Of a stretch of 64,000 nucleotides of DNA, positions 27,906 through 41,100 are shown in pieces (the first letter of the stretch is position 1; each line of letters begins with the position of its first letter). Location of the stretch: contig CM120646.1 of NCBI GenBank assembly GCA_051362555.1, positions 20,398,001 through 20,462,000 on the forward strand. The letters run 5' to 3'. Made by a program: the position numbers and the translations under genes. The stretch is from Lingula anatina (lineage: Eukaryota > Animalia > Brachiopoda). Under the pieces are notes generated by a model, which saw nothing but the letters and a program-made list of their open reading frames with translations, made no database searches and was not told the DNA's origin.

Positions 27906-30840
27906 GTGTTTAATAAAAAAAGAAAGATATATATTTCGTGGAGAAGGCTCAGATGGATAGCAAAAGATGAAAATGAATAGCAATGACTCCTCCTGTGTAA
28001 TATATCCCACTTTTAATTGATATTCGGTAACAAGCCCGCCCTTGTGTGCCTATAGAAGAGGGACGCTACGAACATCTTCGATCAATAACGATCTTTTAGT
28101 AAATGTCTGTATACTGCAATACGTATTTATAATTTTACTATAGATAACAACAGGATGTGCAATCTCAAAAACTGTTAAGACCCTCCCTCCCCACCTTCCT
28201 TTGTAGAACCATCCCGCATTCTTCACCTTTGTTTTCCACGGAAAACAGAAGTCCGAATGGTAACATTACATTGCAACACGCAACTTAACCATTAGGAATA
28301 TTAACAAGTCTGTTACACGATATCACCTTTGACTTATCATCTTTCGCGGCACACCACCTTGAAAAAAGTTAAAACTCTACAGCGACTCACACGCGTATTA
28401 TTTTTTGTGTACATGTATTTTGTGGTGATGGCACGTATATTCCTTGATACCAGTATTACCAAATCGTCAAACATGCATTTTGATTGCTTAACATATGTCG
28501 AGGTTTATCTTTGCTCCATATTACAGATCATATTCCGTTGTAAACCTTTGTTGCAATGTGCCTACTCCCAGTACGACTAGTTTTTTTTGTTGGTTCTCAA
28601 GTTTCTTTTATGATGACACTGCGTTTCATAAATTTAGCGCACGCAAACTTAACCAGCATGCGCGACGTCTCGTCTTGCGTTATAATTCCTCGGCGAAAAG
28701 TCATTAGCTATTATTTCCTGACCGTTGTCAAAACTTATGTTGTAGGAAACTGCAATTAGGACCATATAGAATTGCATATTTTGTTTGTTACGCATTGTTA
28801 AAAAGGCGGGAAAATAATTTTTCATTTTGAGCAGCTTCTTTTAAAGTCAGGTCAAATATTTTGCCTAATGATTCGACTGAATTCACAGGTTGCGTTTGGG
28901 AAAGAAGTTAGAAAATGCGAGTCGATCACGCGCTTTCGTTTAAGTGATGATCCGAATTTCGAGGACATACTGGTAGGTCCATATACCGAGTGAATAACTT
29001 TACACAATAGACCCTAATTAATAGGTGAATATGTTCTTTTGTGGAAAACAACAAATTGATCGAAAGCTTAGGGCTTTTAATTTTTTTACTACATCATTTA
29101 CCCTGGATGTCAATATCTTCACAGAAACCATCCAACAGTTGCAACACCTCCTTCAACCGACGTTTCCTTTTCTCTCATCCGTGGAAAATCAAAGTTACCA
29201 TCTTCGATTAACATCATGCTTGGTGATAACACTATCGGTCAATTTTGTTTGATCAGACTTCAGATGCACAAATATGAGATCATAATCTATGCTTATTGTA
29301 TATGTTATAAACCTACTTCTTTCTTTCTTTCTTTATTTCTTGCTAAGCTTCTTTTTATGCTGTAAACTGTAGAACTACTGATGGAACTCTTATCGCCCAA
29401 ATTAAAGAGTTAAAAATGACTACAGAAAACTGAAGTGCCGCTTGGCTAACAACTCTTAAACCACTCGGCCCGTACTTGACGTCCGTCCCCTAAGCCTGTT
29501 AGCGGCGTCCGTTCTGTTTACTCTCACTCGATGACCGAGCAGTGTCAACTCTTAATTGCTGTCAACTGTACCTGGGTCTGTAACCGTATCGGATTACTTA
29601 TGTTGCTGATGGAACATACAGTATTGGTTCAGCTCATAATTTGTTAAAATTATACATTATGATCAAAATATTTTTCCTTGAAAAGTCCGATAATGACGCT
29701 TACATAAGCTAAATCAACATGTAAAAAAAGTATATGTAGTTAAAACATGCAAAAATGAACGGTTATGGATTATACTTTACGCATGTGCATCAAACCCACA
29801 TCTAATTCAACTTAATGCCAAAAGCGTTTCAAGTGTAAGTTAAACTGTATGGTCTTTAGGTTACTGACCTCTCTCCTTGGAAGATATTTTTAAAAATGTA
29901 AACTTTTTTTACCCAGAAATAACTCTCTGAAATGTGATATGAAAGAAGACAGTGTGTATGTGCAGTGTTATTCAGATCATCAGAATGTTGGCTGATGCAA
30001 GGTTTTGCTATGGGGAGGGGGCAAAAGACTAAAAGACTTTGTCAAGCATTTAGGTGTACCTGTACTGGTTTTGATCGGGAGAAAGATGATACCTTAAAAG
30101 CAAAGAGTTGGACATGTTCCCGCTGTCACACGTGTCACATTAGAATTCAAAAAGTTTTATCGGACACCAGTGCGGAAAGGTTGCAGTGCAGTGACATTTA
30201 TGGGATTTGAATCGGAAAAAAAAGATAAATGTCATATTCAGTGCATTCTTTGGAAACTTATCGCATTTATTTCATTTAAGTTTAGTTTATATTTGATATT
30301 AATATAATCAGATGTATACCCCATTAAAAAACTGTTTTGTTACTAACGCTGAGATATTTGCATCCATTGAAAGGGATAATAACAAAAAAAGAGGCCTACT
30401 TTGTGACGCAATGCACTGAGAGGTGAAGGAGAGTCGGATTTGTGGTTAAGCAGAAATATCTGCGGTTAACAATATGCTAAATGAGGTAGGTAAAGTGCGT
30501 ATATGTAAAACAGACGCCTCTCGCTTAAGGCTTTAGTATACAGCCGGTCCATTACCTTGCAATCAACAGTGCTAGTGATAGCGGTAGCAGTAACAGTCAA
30601 AGTGTTTTGGATACATTGACAGCAGTTTCAGTGGATTGAATGCATGTTGAATAAGCAGAACTAGTAAGTAGTCAGCAGTTGTGTGGTTTACAGTGAAAGT
30701 GATAGTAGTGGTGCCAAAAAGTATCTCACGTTTGTTCACCAGCCGTTGGGAATGTCGTGCTGTTGTATATTAAGCTTAAGTTATGATTTTCATATGCGTA
30801 CGCGGTTGCTCATTCTCTCTGCCACACACATGCGCGCTCG

Positions 30841-30844
<4 letters not shown>

Positions 30845-30879
<35 letters not shown>
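30845..30879. repeat. (CT)n microsatellite
   Basis: Directly visible. Confidence 0.95.
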
Positions 30880-30885
<6 letters not shown>

Positions 30886-33800
30886 GTGAAGACTTGAAAG
30901 CAACGTTTCTTATTCTGGAATAAGTGAAGTGTTCACGTCACCTTGATTAAGGCCTCAATGAAAAGTGTAACTATTAACTATGGAAAACAGTTACAGTGGT
31001 AACAGACATAAAAGCAGTTCATTTCGTTGCGGGGACGTGTGGGTGAACCTTAAATAGAGGAAATACAAAAACAAATAGCATTATTTCATCAATACGTGTC
31101 AATTACATATTAAAACAGCATTTGCGTGCGTGAATTTGATGTGCAATAACGTTATCTGATGGCTTATCTTTACTTAGAGGAATCGATGTGCTACTGCGAC
31201 AAAAAGAAAAAGGGCATTCTTCGTGACTCGTGCTATTAAGCCTCAGGAACATATTTAAGTTAAAGTCAATCTCCTTGAAGATAATATATGATTGGCCGTG
31301 ATCATAAACCATAGTTTTACTAATAATAGTTTTGCTGGAGTGACAAAGGTGTAGTGTTATTATTTTTCACCGCAAGTAGGGTTGTTTTGGTACACCTCTT
31401 TGATGGAATCGCGTGACTTAGTACTGCTTCCTCTGGTCAGAAGATAGCTCTTGATTCTATTGATAGGTTTGTCTTCAGTGAACATTGAGTGTACTTTTGA
31501 AAAAGAAATAAAAAAGATATAAAAGTAGGAATGACAAACGAAATTAAGCGCTTAGAAGAGTAGAGAGAAAGTTGGTACATGAAGTAGAATATAGATACAT
31601 AGCCCAGTATTTTATCGAGGGAATTAAGCCAAGGGGAAGGGAAAATAAATTATGATTGCATTACGCAGAAAAGGTGAAATAAAAACAAAGGAAGGAAGGT
31701 CAAGTATGGATAAATAATGAAAGAAAGAAAAAGGGAGGCTCAGAATACATGTATAAATACTGTAGCATTTGTCGTTAGAAGGGAGCGCGTTTCAATGAAC
31801 ACAGCGTTCACCAATTTGTCAACATCGTGTCAACACCTGCACATAGAGCAAACAGCTGGGTCGTCTGAATAATGGCCAAGACGTTAAAAGCCAAAAGTGG
31901 CCATTCGAAGAAAGTGCGCAGCTTGTTCAAATGTTTAATGTATTCCGAAAATATTTGCGAATACTTCCTATTATGTGCTGTCGAAGTAAACTAAAAGGCA
32001 AACGGTGCAGTGTGAAATGCGTATGGTTCGGGATAGGTCCAATTCAGAAAGCGAGGGACGATTGTGAAAATATGGTCTCTCGAATCAGAGGATAAATATT
32101 CTACTACATAACTTCCACTGATGATGAATTGGATAAAACCCAGATTGATATGTTTGTTTGAAATATTGCCTCGTCTTTCACCCTATGCCAATTTAAAAGA
32201 GAAATATTGTGCATAAATTCAATACACATCGTTTAATCTAGACGTTTTTTTTTAAGTTAGCATTATCATCAATTGGGCAGGTAAGACGCATCTTCTTTCG
32301 CCATTCAAACAGATTCGAACCTTTCTTCATGGGGCAGTTTCGATCAACATATTTCATTTGATCGCCAGTGCGTGTACGATTAAAACTGTAGATTTTGGAA
32401 GGAATTTGGGGTCAATTAAGTGCAGTTGAAATAGAAAGAGTTGGCCTTTTTTAGCCACAACAGATCGCTTTCACCATTGGGAAGAATCAACGAGAATTTT
32501 CAATCAAGCACTTCCTTTCTGAAATTAGAGTTGAAATTAATAAGGTAAAGCTTATAAGGACAGGATACATTGTAGAAGTTTATAAAATGTTTATGTATTG
32601 TTTATGTATGCAGCGCATAAATCAAATGAGGGAGCGCTCTCTCACATTATCTGATGCCTTATAGATTATATACAATGGAAACAAACTGTTTAAAGTAGAA
32701 AACAGATGTGTATTGCTGTGACCAGGAGGGTTAGACCTCCTACGAAGAAATGTCACGGTTTAAGAGGGTACGTCACCGAAGGAATTAACCCCTTGCCAAA
32801 ACCGCACCTATTTTTTTTTCTTCAGACCCATCGCACCATAACGGTGGTAAATTGCTGAATATTCCACAGCTGCATTGTTGCTTTTGATTGTACGCTTGTT
32901 TAAAAATGCGACAGTGAAATGTATTTAAAAGCGTCGTTTTGCTTCAGATACTAGTTAATTTGAAAAAATACCTGATACGATTTTGAGAGCAGTGGTAGGC
33001 CTATTCATTGCCTGCATTTCACTAATAAAGGTATTATTTTAGCATAAACAGTTGATCATTTGTAAGATAAAACATGCTTCAGGTCATTACAAAAAGATTC
33101 CACATGGATTTATTTGTTGAGTAAGCATTTAACGCATTTTTACATTTCAAAAAAATTACCTTGATGTTTAGGTCATAGGGAATTGTGTACGCAGGCGCGA
33201 CAAAAAATAGGTAGTCATTTTCAACGATAAACAATGTATCCAGTATTGTGGCGTAATTACCCATAAAGGAATCTCAGTGTTGTTAAGTTACATCACGTGA
33301 CACATTTGCACCTGATGAACCCGCAATCTGCGGGGATATCAGTTCAAAGGTCAAATTTGTGCGTGAAGACGTTGCAAAACAAAGCGCGCTAATCCAAAAA
33401 TGAGATATGTATCTTGTTAAAGACCCCAGCATGCCAGTAGTGTTTCAGTGTTTCATGAGAGTATATGTTAAACCGGGGTGTTTCTAACATAGTTTCTAAA
33501 ATAGCCAGGTAGACTTCCTCAATGTGTAGATGTACATTAATTTGAAATATACATGTACCTACCGAAATTGATTTCCTTGCATCTATCTCACCGCCTATGT
33601 GAAGTTGCTCAGAAGACTTATATCTCATACCAAATGTCTTCAGTACATTCGCTAGTGTAAATACGGCATTTTACTTGGGGAATAATGTAGAGAGATAGCA
33701 ATGTAGTTTGGTCAACCCGCCCAAAACGCAATTACGCTTTTAGTATTGTTTTCAATGTACAGCACTAATGCACTGTGAAGACGATATTCGACTTCAACAA

Positions 33801-34272
33801 TATTCAACACCTCAGGCAGCGCCGTGTACATGGGATTTTTCCTGCCAGCTATTCGCCGTGAAATCGCTCTTAAACATGCAAGATATTTGAGATCAGTTCT
33901 GTCGCGTTCATGTCCCCCTTTTTCTAGCCTCATAACTCTAATTTCAAAGCAATCGGATGATCCACTGCAGTCGTAATCATTGCGGCTTACGCGAAGCACG
34001 GATTTATCTTTTTTTTTCTGTTACTTAGAGCTACCGTATTCTTTTTAAGAATATTAGAGAAATATGAATCAGACAGAATTCCATCGTCTGAGATGTTTTG
34101 CGGTATGTGCCTTTGTCATGCTATATTCTTATGTGAATGAATGACTCAGTTACGAGATGAGGTACGGAAGAGAGCAAAACGAACACGCAATTAAAGGTGA
34201 GCGCCACGAAAACTTAGACGTTAACAGTAAGTGGAATTGTAAATTGTGGAGCAGCAGTTTTGGTGTTACTAA

Positions 34273-34303
<31 letters not shown>

Positions 34304-34335
34304 CTTTTGTGTGTGTGTGCGCGCGCGCGCGTGTG
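34273..34335. repeat. (CT)n-(GT)n-(GC)n compound microsatellite
   Basis: Directly visible. The alternating purine-pyrimidine part is Z-DNA-prone. Confidence 0.9.
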
Positions 34336-37300
34336 CATCGTTACGATATTGCAAAGCTTGCCAAAAGATCTACATTTCTCATTAGATTCACATTGGTTTA
34401 GGTATTTTGTAGCATTTCATTGACATGTCACAGTTTCTTTTTATCAAAATGTTCACAATGTGAATTGTTGACAGCATGTTGTTTTTTTGTAGAAGATGAC
34501 GGTATGTTAGCTATAGATAAAACCGCACGTACAAATCAATACAAGGACAAACGAAGCAAATACAACACACGTTTTTAGGGCAGACAAATTACACTACCAG
34601 GGGAACAGAGGGCATCTTTTACTCCCCTCTCTCTTTCAAATTGTAGTTAATTCGATGTCGGCATACGTGTGTTTTATATAGCAGCTGATTCTGAAAAAAT
34701 ACTGTAACAAAAAATGAATACCTGTACATCCATAAATATACTAGTGACACAGAGTTTTGGAATAAAGCTGGAAGAAAACAACAGTCATCTTGGCAAAACG
34801 CCTACGACTTTCAAAAGAAAATATTATTATGATACTAGCGATTCAGTTGACATACAATATATGAAACGTGCCAACGTGTGTGTCGTGTTAGTAAATGCAG
34901 CTGACAACCCAAACTAAAGATAGATAGATACTTGACAACAAAGAAAATACGCAATGAAAATCACACAACACATGTATATATTTAATTTCTTTAAGTGACG
35001 ACGCAGTGAGAATTTAATCATATATGCAGTTGGTATGGACTTGAGTTTATATGTAAAGTAGCTTTTGCATCCATCTTTTTGTATCTGTTTCGTTATTTAG
35101 TTGCAATTTCATCTAAAGAAAGGTTTCTTCTTTATTATTCGGTAACTGAAGTTTTGCGCCCTAGACAAAAGAGCTGATATATAAACACCTTTTGCAGGTG
35201 TGTAAGAAGCTATGCGTGGGCGCTAACCGTTAAGAAAAAAATTACAAAATTAATGAGATGCAAACTGTTTTTGAATGCTTTGTATTATACATGTGTATTT
35301 TAGTTATCATTGTTTATTTTGTTACAGGTTATGATCACTGTGAAATACATGTACTACTTAAAGGTATATACTATCCACGTTTGAAAATGTCCTAGAATAA
35401 AATCTTAAGCCTACGTATCCTACAAAACTGCTTATCTCACCCAATTCTGATCTAAAACGATAAAGACATCTCAAATCAAAATGCCTGATGTCGATATTTC
35501 TTTCTGTGATGTCCAGGAAAATATGGCAGTCCAAGTGAGTGGCAGGTGGCTTATAATATTTTTTTAATCACAATGACAAAAGACATCGAATCCAATTGGT
35601 CGAGCTTATAACTGCGAGTAGGAAAATAATTCGGGAAAATTCGATTTGGTGGAAATTTTTAGAATAGGATTTGTTTTTAATATTTTTATTAGATCAAAAT
35701 CTACTAGGTGTACCAAGACCCATATGGTTTGTGCCGTTAGAACATTTGAAGTGTATTAGGTATGATGACTTGAAACTAATCTACCCAGTCTTTGTATGCT
35801 GCATGTGTCCTTTTCTTCATTCGTTAAGAAGAATTAGACAGATGGCAAGAAAAATGGCCCCTCTTAGTCAAAGAGTCATTGAAACAGAAACAATAAATCA
35901 CGTTCTCGTGGTGCTCACTGACAGGACGGAGAAAACTGACCACCAGCCAACAATGGGAAAGTATACTGTTGCCATGGTGACAGCAAACATTCCTTCTCCG
36001 ACTTGATATAAAATTTGGATGTGCCTCAAGAGTGGCTAGATGCTTGTTCACTTTTTAGCCAAGAGTTTTATTTGATTTCAAAATTTCAATTTTTTTTCAA
36101 AAATAAACAATAGAAACCTCGTACTTATATGACGCTACCACTGACTGACGCACGCGGGCACGATAGCTCGCGCACACAAACACACACACACATTGACCAA
36201 ACTCTTACGGACCTCTAGTGCCCTACTAATTCTACCATTCTGCAGATATTTAATACAGATCATTTGTTTTCCATTTTCATTTGAATCATCATTTTTCAAG
36301 TATCACTGTATTTTGCTTTTAATATAATAATCAACTTTAATTTTTTATTTATATACATGTATCTAATGCACGCAATTATTTAAATCCAGGGATCCTTACA
36401 TCCATTTTTGTTATATACATGTATTTAACAAATAATCAAACCTGAAAGTCTTTTCTCCTGGAAGTGCATTTAAAACTCTCGCCATTAACCCTGGTGATGT
36501 CATGAAAAGTTCAACCGCGCTTGTTTTAATGTTTGTTTTTCTTTCTCGACGTGAAAGTCATTTCACCTGCGTTTTAAATTTTCGTGGGTCATTAAAATTT
36601 AAGTGGTTTTTCAGTTTTTCTGCAGTTTAATGACTTTTTTGTTTGTTACGAGTTGCGTATTTTTCCTTGGCACCGTCAGTCTGGAGATTCAATGGTTTGC
36701 GCTATATACACTACTGGTACATCGGTCGGTCCTGTCTCTTGGCGCTGCTAATCCGAGTATGGCTAGGAACTCCTCTTTAACTAATTTCCAATCCCTACAT
36801 CAATCAAGAAACAATATCAATAATATCCACACCTTTCACAGATGCCCTGCATGATTTTATTGACACTGCTGAATCTATACTTTAGGTGTTAAATTCCAAC
36901 TGCCAAATTTTCAGATCAAAATTTCATCTCTGTTACAAGCATATTTCTTGTCTTATCTTTTGTACCTCTATTTGGACCTTATCCCGAACTATCATTAAGT
37001 AGATTTTTGAATTGACATCGCGGTGAGACAATCACTCGTCTAAAAGTGAAATATAATATTCCTTACAAGAGTGACGATTGAAGGTAGGAGCTAAGCTTCA
37101 GTTTATATCAACATTATCATAAGTGTTTTGTTTTTTCTCTCTCACTTCGTTGAGTCTGATGATCGAGCACTTCCACTGCAAGAGCGTCTTATTTCAGTAC
37201 TATTTAACCTTGGACGAAACTTTAAAGCAGCCTTGACACAGTAAATTTAGCTAAGTATTACGTGACTCTTGCGTATAACACACAGCAATCATATGTTAAC

Positions 37301-37996
37301 TGTCAGCATGTTTAAAACGTAATATAAGACACTCTTTCAAATGCCAAGATTATCAAGAAAAACCATTGATAAGATCCAACATCTACAATCATTCTATTTC
37401 ACTGGAACACGCCATTTAACTTCGTACACACACCTTGAAACTAAGTTACAAACAATGACTAATAAATACTAAAGTTTCCATTCATTTTTTATGTTATTGC
37501 TCAACATACTGTTTGATATTTTGAAACTTAATCCTTATTTAGAAACATCGGTGTAAAAATGTGTTTAGTATTGTAGGGCGTACATTATAAAGCTCTAAAT
37601 GTAATAGTTCACGGTTACGAATGGGAAGCAGGCATTTCGTCGACCAGCTTCATTTTAAATCATTTAATCTATTCAGTTGCAAACACGGTTTAGATTGGAA
37701 GATATACACTGTAAGTCATGAACGTATACTTCGAAAGAACATTTTTTCTTTCTGTACGGACCTTCAGTGTCCGTTACCGTACCTTTTCTCTTTTTGATGG
37801 ATGGATGGACAAACTGTACTGTGTCGCTTTCAAACACGCGCCATGCGAGAACAACACCTTTTTTTCAATATGGCCGCCAACAAAACGACTGCAAACCTGC
37901 ATTCAGTCCACGTAGCCTTACCTGTTCAAAGCTCAGTATCTGTTTCTTATTTTGTAGATCAATGAAGTGAAATAGCAGTGCCGCAGACCACGAGAA

Positions 37997-38118
37997 ATGG
38001 GGGGTGACACGCGGGCGGTGTCTCTGTGGGCTTTTGTCCTGGGCTCTGTCCTCTCTGGTCTGGGAGTCATCATGGCCGTCACATTCCTCATCTTTAATAT
38101 AAAGTTCAGAAATATGAG
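37997..38118 (+). CDS. GPR156: GPR156-like coding exon 1 (TM1)
   Basis: Acceptor tttgtag ends 37957; MGGDTRAVSLWAFVLGSVLSGLGVIMAVTFLIFNIKFRNM; donor gtgagt at 38119 (phase 2). Confidence 0.85.
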
Positions 38119-41100
38119 GTGAGTTGTGTTCGAAGCATTCCACAAACCATGCTGGTTTGAGGTCGTATGTTAATAAAAAGACTCTATTTCCCTGACAGTC
38201 TTATCTTCTCGTAATCTCTGCGTCTTTTAAAGCAAGCTTCAACGGTTTTGTTTTTTAAAGTTCTCTCCAATCTAATCTCGTAGAGGGTAATTTGTTTAAT
38301 GTTATTTAAACTCATTATCGATGCCATGTCACTTTTCGCCTTACAGGATAGTCAAGATGTCGAGCCCCAATATCAACATGTTGATCACTGTGGCCGGGTT
38401 ATTTCTGTACACATGTTGCGTACTGTACGGTCTAGATCATTTCACCGTGGATAAACCTGGCCAGGCCACCGTCTTATGTCAGGTGAGTTTTAGTCAGCAG
38501 TGTTCACATCGAGTCTATCTTAAACTTGTCCAATGATACGTTTTGTGCTTTAAGGGGACAGCTTACTTGTACCTCGGTTTACAAGTCTAATTTTGCGATC
38601 TAACAAAACAATCGTTAAAGCTAAGGTTGACTTTCTATCATGTACAGAAGTCATCGAGTTTCATATTTCTGATGAAAGGAATGAAGGAGAAACGACCACA
38701 GAAATGGGGAAGACGGGCTTTGGTGTGAAATAACCCGTGACGATTCTTCCTTTGAAGACGGTGATTAGTTTTGTTGTTATGTCAGCTCTTCAATTTTCCG
38801 ATTTCATTATGGTGACGTGACCCACCTCCGCACCCGCACAATGCGTTTTTACAGGGGTAGGTGATGGCCGCTCGCGGTCAGCTGCCATGTGATACCCTTT
38901 GGAACAATACGCCGTTGATTGCACTTTGACCGTTATTCAGATAATTGAAGGCATACAAGTTTTAATCTGAAACGCCTGCAAGAGGGTGGGTATAGGGGTT
39001 AGTGGTGGATAGCCAACCTATTTTAAGCAGAATCTCCCCCATAGATTTTATTTCTTAAATCTTGTTTGGACTGAGGTCCAGAGCTCTGTCTGCCGCATGT
39101 TGGATTGAATACATTGATGTAATTTTGTCACTAATAAAAACAGCGTAGACATGAGAAATGAAAAAAAAAACGTCGTCGACTTACCGCAGTCTGGACCCAG
39201 TTGCGCCAACGGAGTGGGGGGTGGTATTGAAAGCGTAGTATCTACGCCCGATTTACGCCAGAGGAAGTAAGCCAGTTGATCCATACTGGAGTAGCGTTTG
39301 CGTTAGACTTACTTTAGTCGTAAATACACTGCTGTTGGTGGGTGGTGAATGTCTGTCGTAGCTTGTTGACGCAAATTGGACCGATTGCATGTTGCAGTAA
39401 TCATGTCTGAACAGGTACTTTAGAAATGTTCTGGGATTATTTTCAGGTTCGCACTTGGATTTTCAGTCTCAGCTTTACGATCATGTTTGCCGCCATGTGC
39501 ATGAAATCCTGGCGGGTGCACAAAATATTCAAGATGGCGACAGTTAAGAGATTAGTAAGTTATACAAGGCAATTGATGTTTAGTAAAAATTAGCTTTCCC
39601 CACAAGCGCTAACTTTATTATTTAGATGCGATATTAAAATCCTGCTAAGACGCCAACATTTCGTTACAGAACGATAAGTGTCACTCGCATACTGTAGAAA
39701 GACGACTAGATTGACTAAGGCCTACCAAGAACCCAAGTGAATATTCTAAGGCTATTTGTTAGGATTGGCAGCACTGACTAGGAAGCTCTACATTAAGTTC
39801 ATCTCTTTTTCTTCCAGGTTATCAAAGATCAGAAGCTTCTTGCTCTTATAGGTTTGTTTCTTATCATTGACCTGGTCATCCTTGGTCTGTGGCAAGGCAT
39901 TGACCCTCTGACCACACACATTCGGACACTACAAACCCTGGACCAGGTGAGTCATATTATCTTCGTTGGAGTAATCTTGCAATGAGTTTTTCAAAGTCTT
40001 TGTAATAAACAAAAAAGATTTTCCCCCGATTCAATGTTAAGCAAAATACTGCTCGGCCCCTCTTCTAAGATATTTTCTTTATACTAATATGCATAAGCTT
40101 AGCTTTTTCTTTCTTTGAGTTTGTTCGCGATATCGTCTGTTTCGTTGGTTCTGCCCGTCTGTGTTACTGTACATCTACACCTGTACCTTCATTTGAGCAT
40201 AGATAACAATATCAACACCTCCTTTTTCAGACTCCACCGGATGCCCTAGAAATCCGTTACGACAACGTCACGGTGATGATCTGTTCGTCCAGGTATTTCC
40301 CGGTGTGGATAGCATGTATCTACATCTACAAAGGCCTCATCTTGCTGTACGGCACATATTTGTCTTGGACGATCCGGCACGTCACTCTGCCCGCCATGAA
40401 TGACGCCCGATATATCATCCTCAGCACCTACACCGTGGTGGTCTGCGGGGGTGCAGCCACGAGCTTGGCGGCCATGTTGGACCAATGGCCAGACGCAGTA
40501 TACTTGAGCATCATTGGAGGCGTGTTCATCTCCACAACTGCGACGCTGTGTGTTGTTTTTGTGCCCAAGGTAGGTAGACTTACCGCCATCAGAAAAGCAG
40601 TACCTCAGTTCACACATTATGGAACAACATGTACTACAGGTAGTTAGTACTCAGTACATGTACCCCAGTAGCAGCATCTATATATCTTAAAATGTAACAC
40701 AGCACATCCCTTACGAAAATTCCGTATATAGAACTCTAGTAATTCTATCGGACGTCCTATAAGATCTAGGGCATATGCTCTATGGGACCCTATAGAAAAT
40801 ATCCGTAGGAGAAGTGTATGTTTTTTCATAGTTCAAATGTTTTAACATTATTACAAATTTAGAAAACGGTTTCAGATTATTCTGTTGAGGAGGAAATCGC
40901 AGGAAGACATGATGAAGGTCTCCATGTCCTCGCAAATGATGAACTCGGGCAACCAGTCCTTTGAGCAGATCGAGGAAGACATGTACCATTTGGTTGCCGA
41001 AAATCGGACGTTGAAGAAATCGTTAACAGAAGTATGTTTTTAATCAGTTTTTAAATAATATATTTGTTTATATGCAATACTAGTCGGCATCATCTAATCA

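Noticed and set aside
35358-36100. TTAA-AGG ended Kolobok-like element (similar single ends near 1185, 9820, 38550 and 49275)
   Set aside because: No matching opposite terminus could be found, so boundaries are unsupported.
205-37915. Numerous 60-120 aa ORFs in the ORF track
   Set aside because: Apart from the Tc1 ORFs they show no domain motifs or consistent exon structure. Many use non-ATG starts or derive from microsatellites.
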